Shown here: positions 9,695 to 18,752 of the stretch, piece by piece
Layout of the letters: the number at the start of each line of letters is the position of its first letter
Numbering within the stretch: the first letter of the stretch is position 1
Source: Nitrosopumilus sp.
GTDB taxonomy: Archaea; Thermoproteota; Nitrososphaeria; Nitrososphaerales; Nitrosopumilaceae
NCBI GenBank assembly: GCA_965207445.1
Contig: CBDBLX010000002.1
Coordinates: forward strand, 1,815,849-1,879,848
DNA length: 64,000 nt
Direction of reading: 5' to 3'
Translations under genes and position numbers: made by a program
The notes under the pieces: generated by a model
The model's input: only the letters and a program-made list of their open reading frames with translations
The model's database searches: none
Told to the model about the DNA's origin: nothing

Positions 9695-11302
9695 TTGACA
9701 CAAGAGATAAGAGACACAAATGGTACATTCAGAGATCAGATCAGTGCATTTGGCATACATACATCAAACATACACAGAAACCTTTCTGCAAATGATCTAA
9801 TGTATCAGACAGTAAAGCGTAACGAAGGTACCATATGCTCTACAGGTTCCATTGCAGTTAATACAGGCAGGTATACAGGAAGATCTCCAGATGATAGGTT
9901 CATAGTAGACGATGATTTGACGCATAACACAGTAGATTGGGGCAAAATAAACCATAAATTTCCATCAGACAAATTCGATGAGATACTTTCAAGGATGAAG
10001 ACTCATTTAAATAATAAAGAGTTGTTCGTATTTGATGGTTTTGCAGGAGCAGATCCACAACATCGTCTTGCCATTAGAGTAATAAATGATCGAGCATGGC
10101 AAAATCTGTTTAGTAGTTGCATGTTTATACGTCCTACACGAGACGAATTAAAGACACATAATCCAGAGCTGACTATAATGTGCATCAATGACTTTGAGTC
10201 AGACCCACAGAGAGACAGTACACGCTCAAATGTGTTTATTATAATTAATCTATCAAAAAAGATTGTAATAATTGGGGGTACCAAATACGCCGGTGAGATA
10301 AAAAAGTCAGTGTTTGGAGTAATGAACTTTTTGCTACCTGATCGCGGGGTATTTCCAATGCATTGTTCAGCTAACATTGGAAAAAGAGACGGCGATGATA
10401 CTGCGCTATTCTTTGGACTATCAGGAACTGGCAAGACAACACTGTCAGCAGACCCAACTAGGATGCTTATAGGTGATGATGAGCATGGATGGTCAGACAA
10501 TGGCACGTTTAATTTTGAGGGAGGTTGTTATGCAAAATGCATCAATCTCAACAAGAACGCCGAACCAGAGATATGGGATGCAATTAGGCCCGGTGCCGTA
10601 CTTGAGAATGTTGTGCTGACAGATGGAAATGTACCAGACTACAACGACAGTACATTGACTGAGAATACAAGAGCGGCATATCCACTTGATCATATTCCAG
10701 GGGCCAAGATACCAAGTGTCGGCGGCAATCCACGAGTCATATTATTTTTGACTGCAGATGCACTAGGTGTACTACCACCTATCTCAAAACTGACAGCAGA
10801 CGGTGCAATGTACCACTTTATGTCAGGATATACAAGCAAGCTTGCAGGAACAGAACGAGGCATAAAAGAGCCAAAATCAGTATTCTCAGAGTGTTTTGGT
10901 GCACCATTTATGCCAAGGCCAGCACCCATATATGCAAAGATGCTTGGTGAGCGAATTGCAAAACACAAATCAACAGTATATCTGATAAATACGGGGTGGT
11001 CAGGCGGTCCATACGGTATAGGTAGTAGGATTAGTATCAAGTATAGCCGTGCCACGGTGACTGCCGCACTTACAGGAACCATTAACGATACACCATATGT
11101 ACACAATGATCTGTTCAACATAGATGTTCCAACTGCAGTCCAACAAGTACCACACGAGATACTAGATCCACGTAACACATGGGAGTCAAAAGAGTCGTAT
11201 GATGTGACTGCCAAAAAATTGGCTCAGATGTTTGTAGATAACTTTGAAAAGTTTACAGACGTTCCTGAAAATATAATTGCAGCAGGGCCTAAACTCAGTT
11301 AA
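9695..11302 (+). CDS. pckA: Phosphoenolpyruvate carboxykinase (ATP)
   Basis: TGRSP, YAGEIKK, MHCSAN, GLSGTGKTTLS, IGDDEHGW, NFEGGCYAK motifs. TTG start. Confidence 0.97.
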   Translation: MTQEIRDTNGTFRDQISAFGIHTSNIHRNLSANDLMYQTVKRNEGTICSTGSIAVNTGRYTGRSPDDRFIVDDDLTHNTVDWGKINHKFPSDKFDEILSRMKTHLNNKELFVFDGFAGADPQHRLAIRVINDRAWQNLFSSCMFIRPTRDELKTHNPELTIMCINDFESDPQRDSTRSNVFIIINLSKKIVIIGGTKYAGEIKKSVFGVMNFLLPDRGVFPMHCSANIGKRDGDDTALFFGLSGTGKTTLSADPTRMLIGDDEHGWSDNGTFNFEGGCYAKCINLNKNAEPEIWDAIRPGAVLENVVLTDGNVPDYNDSTLTENTRAAYPLDHIPGAKIPSVGGNPRVILFLTADALGVLPPISKLTADGAMYHFMSGYTSKLAGTERGIKEPKSVFSECFGAPFMPRPAPIYAKMLGERIAKHKSTVYLINTGWSGGPYGIGSRISIKYSRATVTAALTGTINDTPYVHNDLFNIDVPTAVQQVPHEILDPRNTWESKESYDVTAKKLAQMFVDNFEKFTDVPENIIAAGPKLS

Positions 11303-11429
11303 TGCAAATATGTTTGACGTTTTAGTTAGTAGTAGTAGTAGTATCAATACAGTAAGACAGGGTCGTTGTTATGAACTTGATTTGAATGATGTTTGTATAA
11401 TATAAATACACCAATATGTAATTTATATC

Positions 11430-13070
11430 ATGTGCTCAATTGCAGCATGTTTAGGTGCAAATAACGTACAACGTACTGCGCAACTTCTCGAATCCATGAC
11501 GTATCGTGGCTATGACTCTGCAGGTATTGCATGTTTGACACGTGACAAGATAACAATTCAAAAATCATTGGGAACAGACATTGATGCTTTACAAAAGTAT
11601 TTGCCACCTACTAGTGAAGCATCCATTGGTCAGACTCGATGGGCGACTAGAGGAAAAAATGACCTTGTGAATACAAACCCACAAACTGTAAGATGCGATA
11701 CAAAAGGAGAAGTAGCCGTAGTAATGAACGGCATAATTACAGATTATGAAAAATTAAGAGTGAAATTTGAAAATGAATATGGGTGCAAATTTACGTCAGA
11801 TAATGATACTGAATTGGTGGCACATGCAGCCTGCCTAGCAGATAATCTATTTGACTTGGATGGTATGTTAGGTGAAAACAATAGGTATACTGCAATTGTC
11901 TTGCGCAAAGGCATGATAGGCTGTATAAGACATGGCCCATCACTCATTTTGGGCAAGTCAAAAGATGGTACTAGTCTTGCAAGTGATATACATGCACTAG
12001 CCAGTTGTGGCATTAGTGAGATTGCACAGGTACCACACGATTCAATAGTTGACTTGAATACTTTAAATGCATACAACATAAATGATACTTTACCAATACA
12101 ATTGAAATTTGATACAGTGGCATTGCCATCTGAGGTAGACAGTTTTAAAGATTCTGATGAGAATGGTAAAGGAACGCGTACAGAACAAGAATTTATAGAG
12201 GCAATCAAAATTGTAAATGGTCCTATTAATGAGCATTCACAAACCTTGAGTAAAATTTCAAATTCCATATGGTGGACTGGTAGTGGCTCTAGTTATCACA
12301 TGGCTCAATTGGGTGCATATCTGACAGATTCAAAGGCAGTACCTGCTTGTGAGATTCCCTTTGTTGAAAATGTGCCAGATAATTTGACAATGGTTGCAAT
12401 ATCTCAGTCAGGTGAGACAGGTGATGTCTTAAAAGCAATAGAGCACATGAATGGAACAGCACAGGTGTATAGCATATTAAATAATACACACAGTTCTTTG
12501 GCTGCACTCTCCGATGTAATATTGGATATGAAGTGCGGGCCAGAACAAGGAGTAGCAGCTACGAAGAGTCTGGCTGCGACTGCCAGGATTATTTTAGATG
12601 CATTTTATATACATAACAAGTCATTGTCGACTGCATTTAACCCATCAGAGGAAATTATTAAAGCAGTACTAGGCGCAACTGACATCTACTTGCTAGGTAG
12701 TGGCATCGTAAAGATAGCAGCGTCGGAGGGCGCACTCAAATTAAAAGAACTGATCTACAAGCATGCAGAGGCAATGCATGCCGGTGAGTTCAAGCATGGA
12801 CCGCTTGCAGTTCTTGATGAAAAGCATTTGGTAATTATACTTGATACAGATGGTAGACACGCAGATACTGCATCTGAAATAATTGCAAGGGGCGGCCGCG
12901 TGCTTTTGTTATCAAGTAAGCAATTTTACAAGACAGATTATTTTGCCCACGTCGATGGTGATTTTCTAGCCAATGTCTTGTGGTTGCAGTCGTTGGCAAT
13001 ACAGGCCGCAAAATCAGCAGACTTGAATGTGGATAGACCAAGACACCTTGCAAAGTGTGTGACAGTATAG
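11430..13070 (+). CDS. glmS: Divergent glutamine-fructose-6-phosphate aminotransferase (GlmS-like)
   Basis: N-terminal Cys (MCSI), YRGYDSAG, TRWAT, SQSGET, VAATK, EGALKLKE, EFKHGP, PRHLAKCVTV. Several conserved His residues are replaced. Confidence 0.85.
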   Translation: MCSIAACLGANNVQRTAQLLESMTYRGYDSAGIACLTRDKITIQKSLGTDIDALQKYLPPTSEASIGQTRWATRGKNDLVNTNPQTVRCDTKGEVAVVMNGIITDYEKLRVKFENEYGCKFTSDNDTELVAHAACLADNLFDLDGMLGENNRYTAIVLRKGMIGCIRHGPSLILGKSKDGTSLASDIHALASCGISEIAQVPHDSIVDLNTLNAYNINDTLPIQLKFDTVALPSEVDSFKDSDENGKGTRTEQEFIEAIKIVNGPINEHSQTLSKISNSIWWTGSGSSYHMAQLGAYLTDSKAVPACEIPFVENVPDNLTMVAISQSGETGDVLKAIEHMNGTAQVYSILNNTHSSLAALSDVILDMKCGPEQGVAATKSLAATARIILDAFYIHNKSLSTAFNPSEEIIKAVLGATDIYLLGSGIVKIAASEGALKLKELIYKHAEAMHAGEFKHGPLAVLDEKHLVIILDTDGRHADTASEIIARGGRVLLLSSKQFYKTDYFAHVDGDFLANVLWLQSLAIQAAKSADLNVDRPRHLAKCVTV

Positions 13071-13784
13071 GGTCTTCTGCGTTAATCGTTGGTAACTGAA
13101 ATCTGGCAAGTTCCGTAGGTATTCATGACGTGGTTGAATAAACTTTTTAAAAATTCACAATTTAAAATCTCACATAACGTATAATTCTAGTGAACATTTT
13201 CTCAAAACATGGGTGGGTTGACATCGTTTTCATACATGAACATTAAATATACACGTCATGAGATCCCATTGATGAATAAAAAATGAGATCAAAGAGTGTA
13301 CAACAAAAGATTACTGATTATGAATTTAACCCTGATGGTGTTCAAGATTCAAATGATTTGGGACAAAAACGCCCAAAGTTAGATCGTCTTAAACGATTTA
13401 GAGGGTGGTTTACACTAAAACGTGACCGGACAGTAAGGCTAGCAACATGGATGCAAAAACGTGTCTCATGGAGCAAGGGCGCAGCAAAACGAGGCCAAAA
13501 AGCCATGTGCATATACTGGAAAAACCAGAGACTGCATTAGGATGTACACCCGCAGAAGCAGCAGGAATAACAATACACGGTAATAACAAATGGATTACAC
13601 TCATCGGCAATGCTGGCGTGGCAGCCATGGGGGGAGCAGTGGCCTGAGTCTGCATAACCTTGCCATGTGAATCCAAGTGTCTTGAGCCTGTCATGCAACG
13701 ACGGTGATATTACGGGACGCATCAATGTCGCACAAGCGACAATGGTAGTAAGTGCAAGTTACCAACGATTAACGCAGAATACCC
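13070..13784 (+). mobile_element. Internally deleted IS6-like element, copy A (715 bp)
   Basis: 28-bp inverted ends GGGTCTTCTGCGTTAATCGTTGGTAACT / AGTTACCAACGATTAACGCAGAATACCC. Contains a transposase-like C-terminus TPAEAAGITIHGNNKWITLIGNA but no DDE core. The family assignment is from recalled archaeal transposases. Confidence 0.78.
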
Positions 13785-13868
13785 CAACGACGGTCTTTAG
13801 ACGGATTGCAGACTTGGCCTATGCCAAGTACATCAGTGAAAGTTTCAGACATATAGACCCTATTAAAA

Positions 13869-16295
13869 TCAAAAATATTTCGCCTGCGGATGGTGTACCA
13901 CGATTGCAGCAGTCGAGTGCTCTGGTATAATTTGCCCTGCATCACTCAATGTCATAATCTCTTTAGGCACATCCAATAAACCCCACACATATTTGTGCTG
14001 ATTTACATCAGGGCATGCCGGGTAGCCCCAACTATATCTCAATGCCTTTTCTACATCCATCGCCTTTACTAAACGCTGATTGGCAATCGCTGCTAGAGAT
14101 TCTGCTGACTGTGTACACAAACCATGTAGATAATACAAGTCTGTATATTTATCAGACTTTTCCATCTTTTCTAATATAACAGAGGCCTTGCAGCCAACTG
14201 ATACGGCTTGCAACCCGACAATATCTTTTGAATCAAAATAGTCTGCAAGACACAAGCCGTTTACACGAGGAAAATCTAATGTATGTCTTTTATCATTTGT
14301 AAATATTTCAAGCCCATTCTCACCTTTACGGCTGCACTCAAACAAGCCGTATATTATGTATGGCTCAAACATATCTTGTTCTTTAACATAGAGTTTCCAT
14401 TTAGCTAAAATGTCTTCATGTAAGATTTTCTGCTCTTTAGTGGAGGCTCTACCCTGTATACCCCATGACAATGTAAACAAGTCCTTAAGGTCAAGATGCT
14501 GCCAGATTTCATCTAATTTAATAGAGGTTTCTGATGTAGTAAAGGACTTTATGTTACGATTTAACGGCCTAGATTTTATCTTTGGCTGTCTTAGGACAGG
14601 TCTTTCTCGTACTTTACGATTTGAGGCTGCTGCCATCTCTTTTTTACGTTTTTCCAAGAGATTTATCTTGGCCTCTTCATCATCCCCACATACAACATTT
14701 ACCACATTGAGTCCGGCGAACATGTCCTTACAGAAAAACATACCAGCATCATATTTTACAGAGTTGTTAATACGGTCAATATATCCACTATTAATTGCAG
14801 CACCCCCATATAATATGGGAATCTGTAAATTGTTTTCTGCGGCATACTCGGCGAACACTTGCATCTGCTTTGATGTACTTACAAGCAATGCAGACAAGCC
14901 TACTGCATCTGCCTTGTGCTCTTTAATTACTTCTACGAACTTTTGCACAGGTACCTGTCTGCCCAAGTCTATTACCTTATATCCGTTGTTTGCTAAAATC
15001 GTCTTTACTAGATTTTTACCAATGTCATGCACATCACCATATACGGTACCTAGCACGATTGTACCTCGTGTACGCGCATCATCGGCCTTTATTAGATATG
15101 TTTCAAGATGTGAAACGGCAGATTTCATACATTCAGCAGATGATAGTACATACGGCAGTATCAATTCACCCTTACCAAACTTGTCACCAACTTCTTTCAT
15201 GGCAGGCAATAAACTTTCACTCAAAACCTTGAGTGCAGCTTCATGTAAGTCTTGTTTGCTATCACCTACTTTTTGTAGTTTTATAGCATCGTCTACTTTG
15301 TGTGTTATACCATTTGGTAAACGATTGGTTATACATTCATATAAAGCCTGAAGTGGGTCTAGGGGTTTTGTTGGAGATATGTTCGTTTTAGATGTTTGAG
15401 TTTTACCTTCAAAATACTCAATACAATCGGCCATAGCATTTTTATGTTGATTAAATAAAAGTGCTTCAGTCAAAGCACGCTCTTTTTTTGGAATATTTGT
15501 ATAAGCAGTCATTTGAGAAATATTTAAGATTGCAGCATCCAACCCCGCTTGTATCATATGATATAAAAATACCGAATTAAGAGTCTTACGTATATTGCCT
15601 AGTCTTGCACTAATGTTACTAATACCACATACTGTATGACATTCAGGAAATTTTTGCTTGATTAATTTTAATCCATTAATAGTCTCTATTGCATTAAGTG
15701 CATCATCTGGTGAACCTGTCATAGGAAACACCAAAGGATCAATTAAAAATTGGTCAGTCCTGCATCCATTAGACACGCCGTATTCATACATTTCTGTAGC
15801 CGCTTTTAGTTTGTCTTGGGCTGTACGGGCCTGACCACCTCCGGCAGAATCTGTCATACACATTGCAATAAATGGCACGCCATAATTTGTTATAACAGGT
15901 AGTAGTTTTTCAAAACGGTTATCAGAACTGTTTAAATTTACAGAATTTATAATTGGGAGTCCGGGGCATGCGCGCACTGCTTCACTAATAACATCTGAAT
16001 CAGTTGAGTCTATAACAAGTGGAGCATTTACCTCTTGACTAAGTTTTTTCACCAAATCTAACATAATGCGACTTTCATCACCGGGCCCATGTTCTATTGA
16101 TTCTACACATACGTCAATGCAATGTGCGCCCTGCTCTGCCTGTCTTCTACCAAGTGCTACAAGCCCATTAATATCCCCCTTTGCAAGTAGTATTTTTGCC
16201 TGTCCTCCAGCAGTTGTATTTAGAGTCTCACCTATTATGAGCGGCGCGGGTGCCTGTCTTATTGATATTGCATCTTGTACACTTGTGATATACAT
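13869..16295 (-). CDS. metH: Cobalamin-dependent methionine synthase, folate-binding + B12-binding + reactivation domains
   Basis: PLIIGE, PLVIDST, IINSVN, B12 motif GDVHDIGKNLV, VGLSALL, YGGAA, RYSWGYPACPD, PEHSTAA. Confidence 0.92.
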   Translation of the reverse strand: MYITSVQDAISIRQAPAPLIIGETLNTTAGGQAKILLAKGDINGLVALGRRQAEQGAHCIDVCVESIEHGPGDESRIMLDLVKKLSQEVNAPLVIDSTDSDVISEAVRACPGLPIINSVNLNSSDNRFEKLLPVITNYGVPFIAMCMTDSAGGGQARTAQDKLKAATEMYEYGVSNGCRTDQFLIDPLVFPMTGSPDDALNAIETINGLKLIKQKFPECHTVCGISNISARLGNIRKTLNSVFLYHMIQAGLDAAILNISQMTAYTNIPKKERALTEALLFNQHKNAMADCIEYFEGKTQTSKTNISPTKPLDPLQALYECITNRLPNGITHKVDDAIKLQKVGDSKQDLHEAALKVLSESLLPAMKEVGDKFGKGELILPYVLSSAECMKSAVSHLETYLIKADDARTRGTIVLGTVYGDVHDIGKNLVKTILANNGYKVIDLGRQVPVQKFVEVIKEHKADAVGLSALLVSTSKQMQVFAEYAAENNLQIPILYGGAAINSGYIDRINNSVKYDAGMFFCKDMFAGLNVVNVVCGDDEEAKINLLEKRKKEMAAASNRKVRERPVLRQPKIKSRPLNRNIKSFTTSETSIKLDEIWQHLDLKDLFTLSWGIQGRASTKEQKILHEDILAKWKLYVKEQDMFEPYIIYGLFECSRKGENGLEIFTNDKRHTLDFPRVNGLCLADYFDSKDIVGLQAVSVGCKASVILEKMEKSDKYTDLYYLHGLCTQSAESLAAIANQRLVKAMDVEKALRYSWGYPACPDVNQHKYVWGLLDVPKEIMTLSDAGQIIPEHSTAAIVVHHPQAKYF

Positions 16296-16408
16296 AGATA
16301 TACATGAGTGAATTTATATATAAATTTTACATTTTTTGACTGTTTAATATAAATATATAAATTCTAAAAAAATAAACTTTTATATATAAAACTTGGTTAT
16401 GGGTTCTT
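16296..16408. promoter_or_regulatory. AT-rich bidirectional promoter region between the two metH halves
   Basis: TTTATATATAAA at ~16313-16324 and TTTTATATATAAAA at ~16378-16391, each roughly 20-30 bp from a divergent start codon. Confidence 0.55.
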
Positions 16409-17347
16409 ATGGATTTACGAGAGAGGTTGACAAAGACACGGCCATTACTCATGGATGGTGCTATGGGGACAGAGCTGGAAAAGTATAACCCCCAGTCATC
16501 AGATTACCCTAATGAACATATGGGTTTTAATGACGGATTATGCATAACACACCCTGAATGGATAAAAGCAGTCCATGAGACGTACATAAATGCAGGTGCA
16601 GAATGTATTACAACAAACACCTTTGGTTCAAGTCGCATCAAATTGGCAGAATATGACTTGGCTGATAAGACACAGACATTAAATGAAAATGCCGTTTTAT
16701 TGACGCGGGATGTAATTGATAATTTTACAGATTCATCTGACAAGCGATATATCTTAGGTAGCATGGGCCCAAGTGGATATGCACCAAGTTTGCCAGATAG
16801 TGCACAAGCCAATGTGTTTACTTTAACAGAGTTGGAAAAATCTTTTATTGAACAAGCATTAGGCCTGTTAAAGGGTGGTGTGGATGGTATTTTATTGGAG
16901 ACAGGGCAAGACACACTTGAATTAAAGTCAATGATAAATGCAATAAGACAATGTAGCAAGGACATACCAATTATTGCATGTATTACATTTGCACAATCCA
17001 ATAGGATGCTTGGAGGCTCACCTGTGCAGTCTGCATATTATACTTTAGCAGGCATGAACATTGATGTATTTGGCATAAATTGTAGCACGGGCCCAGTTGA
17101 AATGACGGATTCAATTACATGGTTAAATGAAAATTCTACTCTGCCACTATGTATTTATCCAAATGCAGGACTGCCTGATATGTCACTTGATAGCCGTGGG
17201 CAGTATTCATTAAATGCTTGTACGTTGGCAGATATGATGCAAACAATTCTGACAAAATACACAAAGATCAAACTTGTAGGTGGATGTTGTGGAACAACGC
17301 CTGAATATATAAAAAATATGCGAGATAAAATTGATACTATAAAATAA
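16409..17347 (+). CDS. Methionine synthase homocysteine-binding domain (homocysteine S-methyltransferase family)
   Basis: DGAMGTEL, TTNTFG, GSMGP, Zn ligands GINCSTGP and GGCCGTTP, YPNAGLP. Confidence 0.92.
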   Translation: MDLRERLTKTRPLLMDGAMGTELEKYNPQSSDYPNEHMGFNDGLCITHPEWIKAVHETYINAGAECITTNTFGSSRIKLAEYDLADKTQTLNENAVLLTRDVIDNFTDSSDKRYILGSMGPSGYAPSLPDSAQANVFTLTELEKSFIEQALGLLKGGVDGILLETGQDTLELKSMINAIRQCSKDIPIIACITFAQSNRMLGGSPVQSAYYTLAGMNIDVFGINCSTGPVEMTDSITWLNENSTLPLCIYPNAGLPDMSLDSRGQYSLNACTLADMMQTILTKYTKIKLVGGCCGTTPEYIKNMRDKIDTIK

Positions 17348-17351
17348 AAAA

Positions 17352-17480
17352 CTAATATCCAGAGTCGCCTTTGATATGACCACAAACGGTGCATTCGTAC
17401 AGATCAACACCATCCGGGCTTTCACCCTTGTGTTCATATGCTGGCTCACCACATACCACATAGATGTCACCATTTTCCAT
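17352..17480 (-). CDS. 42-aa zinc-ribbon-like microprotein (not in ORF track)
   Basis: Manual translation MENGDIYVVCGEPAYEHKGESPDGVDLYECTVCGHIKGDSGY*. Resembles the adjacent small ORF. Confidence 0.6.
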   Translation of the reverse strand: MENGDIYVVCGEPAYEHKGESPDGVDLYECTVCGHIKGDSGY

Positions 17481-17528
17481 ACTAATTATTTATTTTTTAA
17501 TTATAAAATTCTTTTTGGAAGGTATTTT

Positions 17529-17669
17529 TTAATCTGGTTCAGTCAATTGCCAATGCGTCTTACATCTTGTACACTGCCACATTTCATAACCATCTAGATT
17601 TAACCCACGAAACTCATATCCTTCCATCTTATCCCCACAGTAAACACATAACGTGTCAGGTTTTAACAT
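17529..17669 (-). CDS. 46-aa CxxC...CxxC zinc-ribbon microprotein
   Basis: MLKPDTLCVYCGDKMEGYEFRGLNLDGYEMWQCTRCKTHWQLTEPD* from ATG 17669, with TATA-like sequence upstream. Confidence 0.65.
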   Translation of the reverse strand: MLKPDTLCVYCGDKMEGYEFRGLNLDGYEMWQCTRCKTHWQLTEPD

Positions 17670-17755
17670 ACCTATATTAAAAAGAGATATTATATATACA
17701 TTCATTTGCAGTAAAATCTCAATCTTTATATATAATTTCAATTAAAAAATTACAT

Positions 17756-18388
17756 ATGAAAAATCTGACACGCAGGCGTTATGCTAACTTGCACAAATTA
17801 TACAAGGGTAATCTTAAATTAATGTCAAAAGAAATAGGATTTACTTTGGATGCACTTGGTATTCTAGGTGAGTTATGGGACATACGTAAAACAACCAAAT
17901 ACCAAAATAAGATCATTAAATTAAATGAGCAGCGGGTGTCTGCAACAAAAATTGATATGGTGTTTAATGTACCAAAAGGGACGTCATCTAAGATTTTAAA
18001 GCGTGCAGGACATACACTATGTTACGGGCATGTAAAAAAATCCATGCGTACTTACAAGTGGCTCTTTGAGCAATATAATATAAAAAAGCGCCCCGTAAAG
18101 GAGATTGCTTTAGAGATGGGGTGTTCTACAATAACTGCATATAACCACATGCGGGCAGTCGGCATAAAACTTTATACATCAGATAAGGGCAAGATGCCAG
18201 GTCGTCGCAGGGGGCCGGCTCACTTAATGCGTGTGTCAGATAAAATGCGCACCAAAAAATGGCTAGAGGAAAATTATATTAAAAGCGACAAGTCCATAAA
18301 AGAAATTACAACTTTAATGGGCTGCACTCCTATGACACTTTATAAAATTCTAAGGCGTGCTGGATTAAAGCCTGCAAGGCATTATTAA
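17756..18388 (+). CDS. Basic protein with repeated HTH-like modules
   Basis: Two similar units KWLFEQYNIKKRPVKEIALEMGCSTITAYNHMRAVGI and KWLEENYIKSDKSIKEITTLMGCTPMTLYKILRRAGL, plus weaker N-terminal units. Confidence 0.7.
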   Translation: MKNLTRRRYANLHKLYKGNLKLMSKEIGFTLDALGILGELWDIRKTTKYQNKIIKLNEQRVSATKIDMVFNVPKGTSSKILKRAGHTLCYGHVKKSMRTYKWLFEQYNIKKRPVKEIALEMGCSTITAYNHMRAVGIKLYTSDKGKMPGRRRGPAHLMRVSDKMRTKKWLEENYIKSDKSIKEITTLMGCTPMTLYKILRRAGLKPARHY

Positions 18389-18389
18389 A

Positions 18390-18515
18390 CTAGCCCCAGT
18401 ATGAAAGGCTCTCGTGGACTTTTAAGAGGTCATCCATACCATCCTCACGTGTAAACTTTTCCAAATCCTCTTGGAAATTCTTTAGGCCGTCTGCATCAAC
18501 ATTTACTATTGGCAT
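18390..18515 (-). CDS. Possible 41-aa acidic small protein (not in ORF track)
   Basis: MPIVNVDADGLKNFQEDLEKFTREDGMDDLLKVHESLSYWG* fills the gap between the HTH gene and element B. Confidence 0.4.
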   Translation of the reverse strand: MPIVNVDADGLKNFQEDLEKFTREDGMDDLLKVHESLSYWG

Positions 18516-18531
18516 GAATGGTATATGGCTA

Positions 18532-18752
18532 GGGTCTTCTACGTTAATCGTTGGTAACTGAAATCTGGCAAGTTCCGTTTCACAGATGAGCCATTACTTG
18601 CACTATGGATTACACTCTGCATAACCTTGCCATGTGAATCCAAGGGTCTTGAGCCAGTCATGCAACGACGGTGATATTACGGGACGCATCAATGTCGCAC
18701 AAGCGACAAGGGTAGCAACGTGCAAGTTACCAACGATTAACGCAGAAGATCC
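18532..18752 (+). mobile_element. IS6-like MITE, copy B (221 bp), same orientation as copy A
   Basis: Same inverted ends as 13070-13784. The first ~47 bp and last ~135 bp are near-identical to copy A. Confidence 0.85.

Noticed and set aside
14410..15351. 313-aa plus-strand ORF and many similar antisense ORFs (e.g. 20202-20849, 35495-36082, 10690-11214)
   Set aside because: They are shadows of well-supported genes on the opposite strand, with no motifs.
13869..17347. Split metH as a novelty in itself, or as a pseudogene
   Set aside because: Split methionine synthases are known, including from memory in thaumarchaea. Both halves keep their catalytic motifs, so only the context and divergence are notable.
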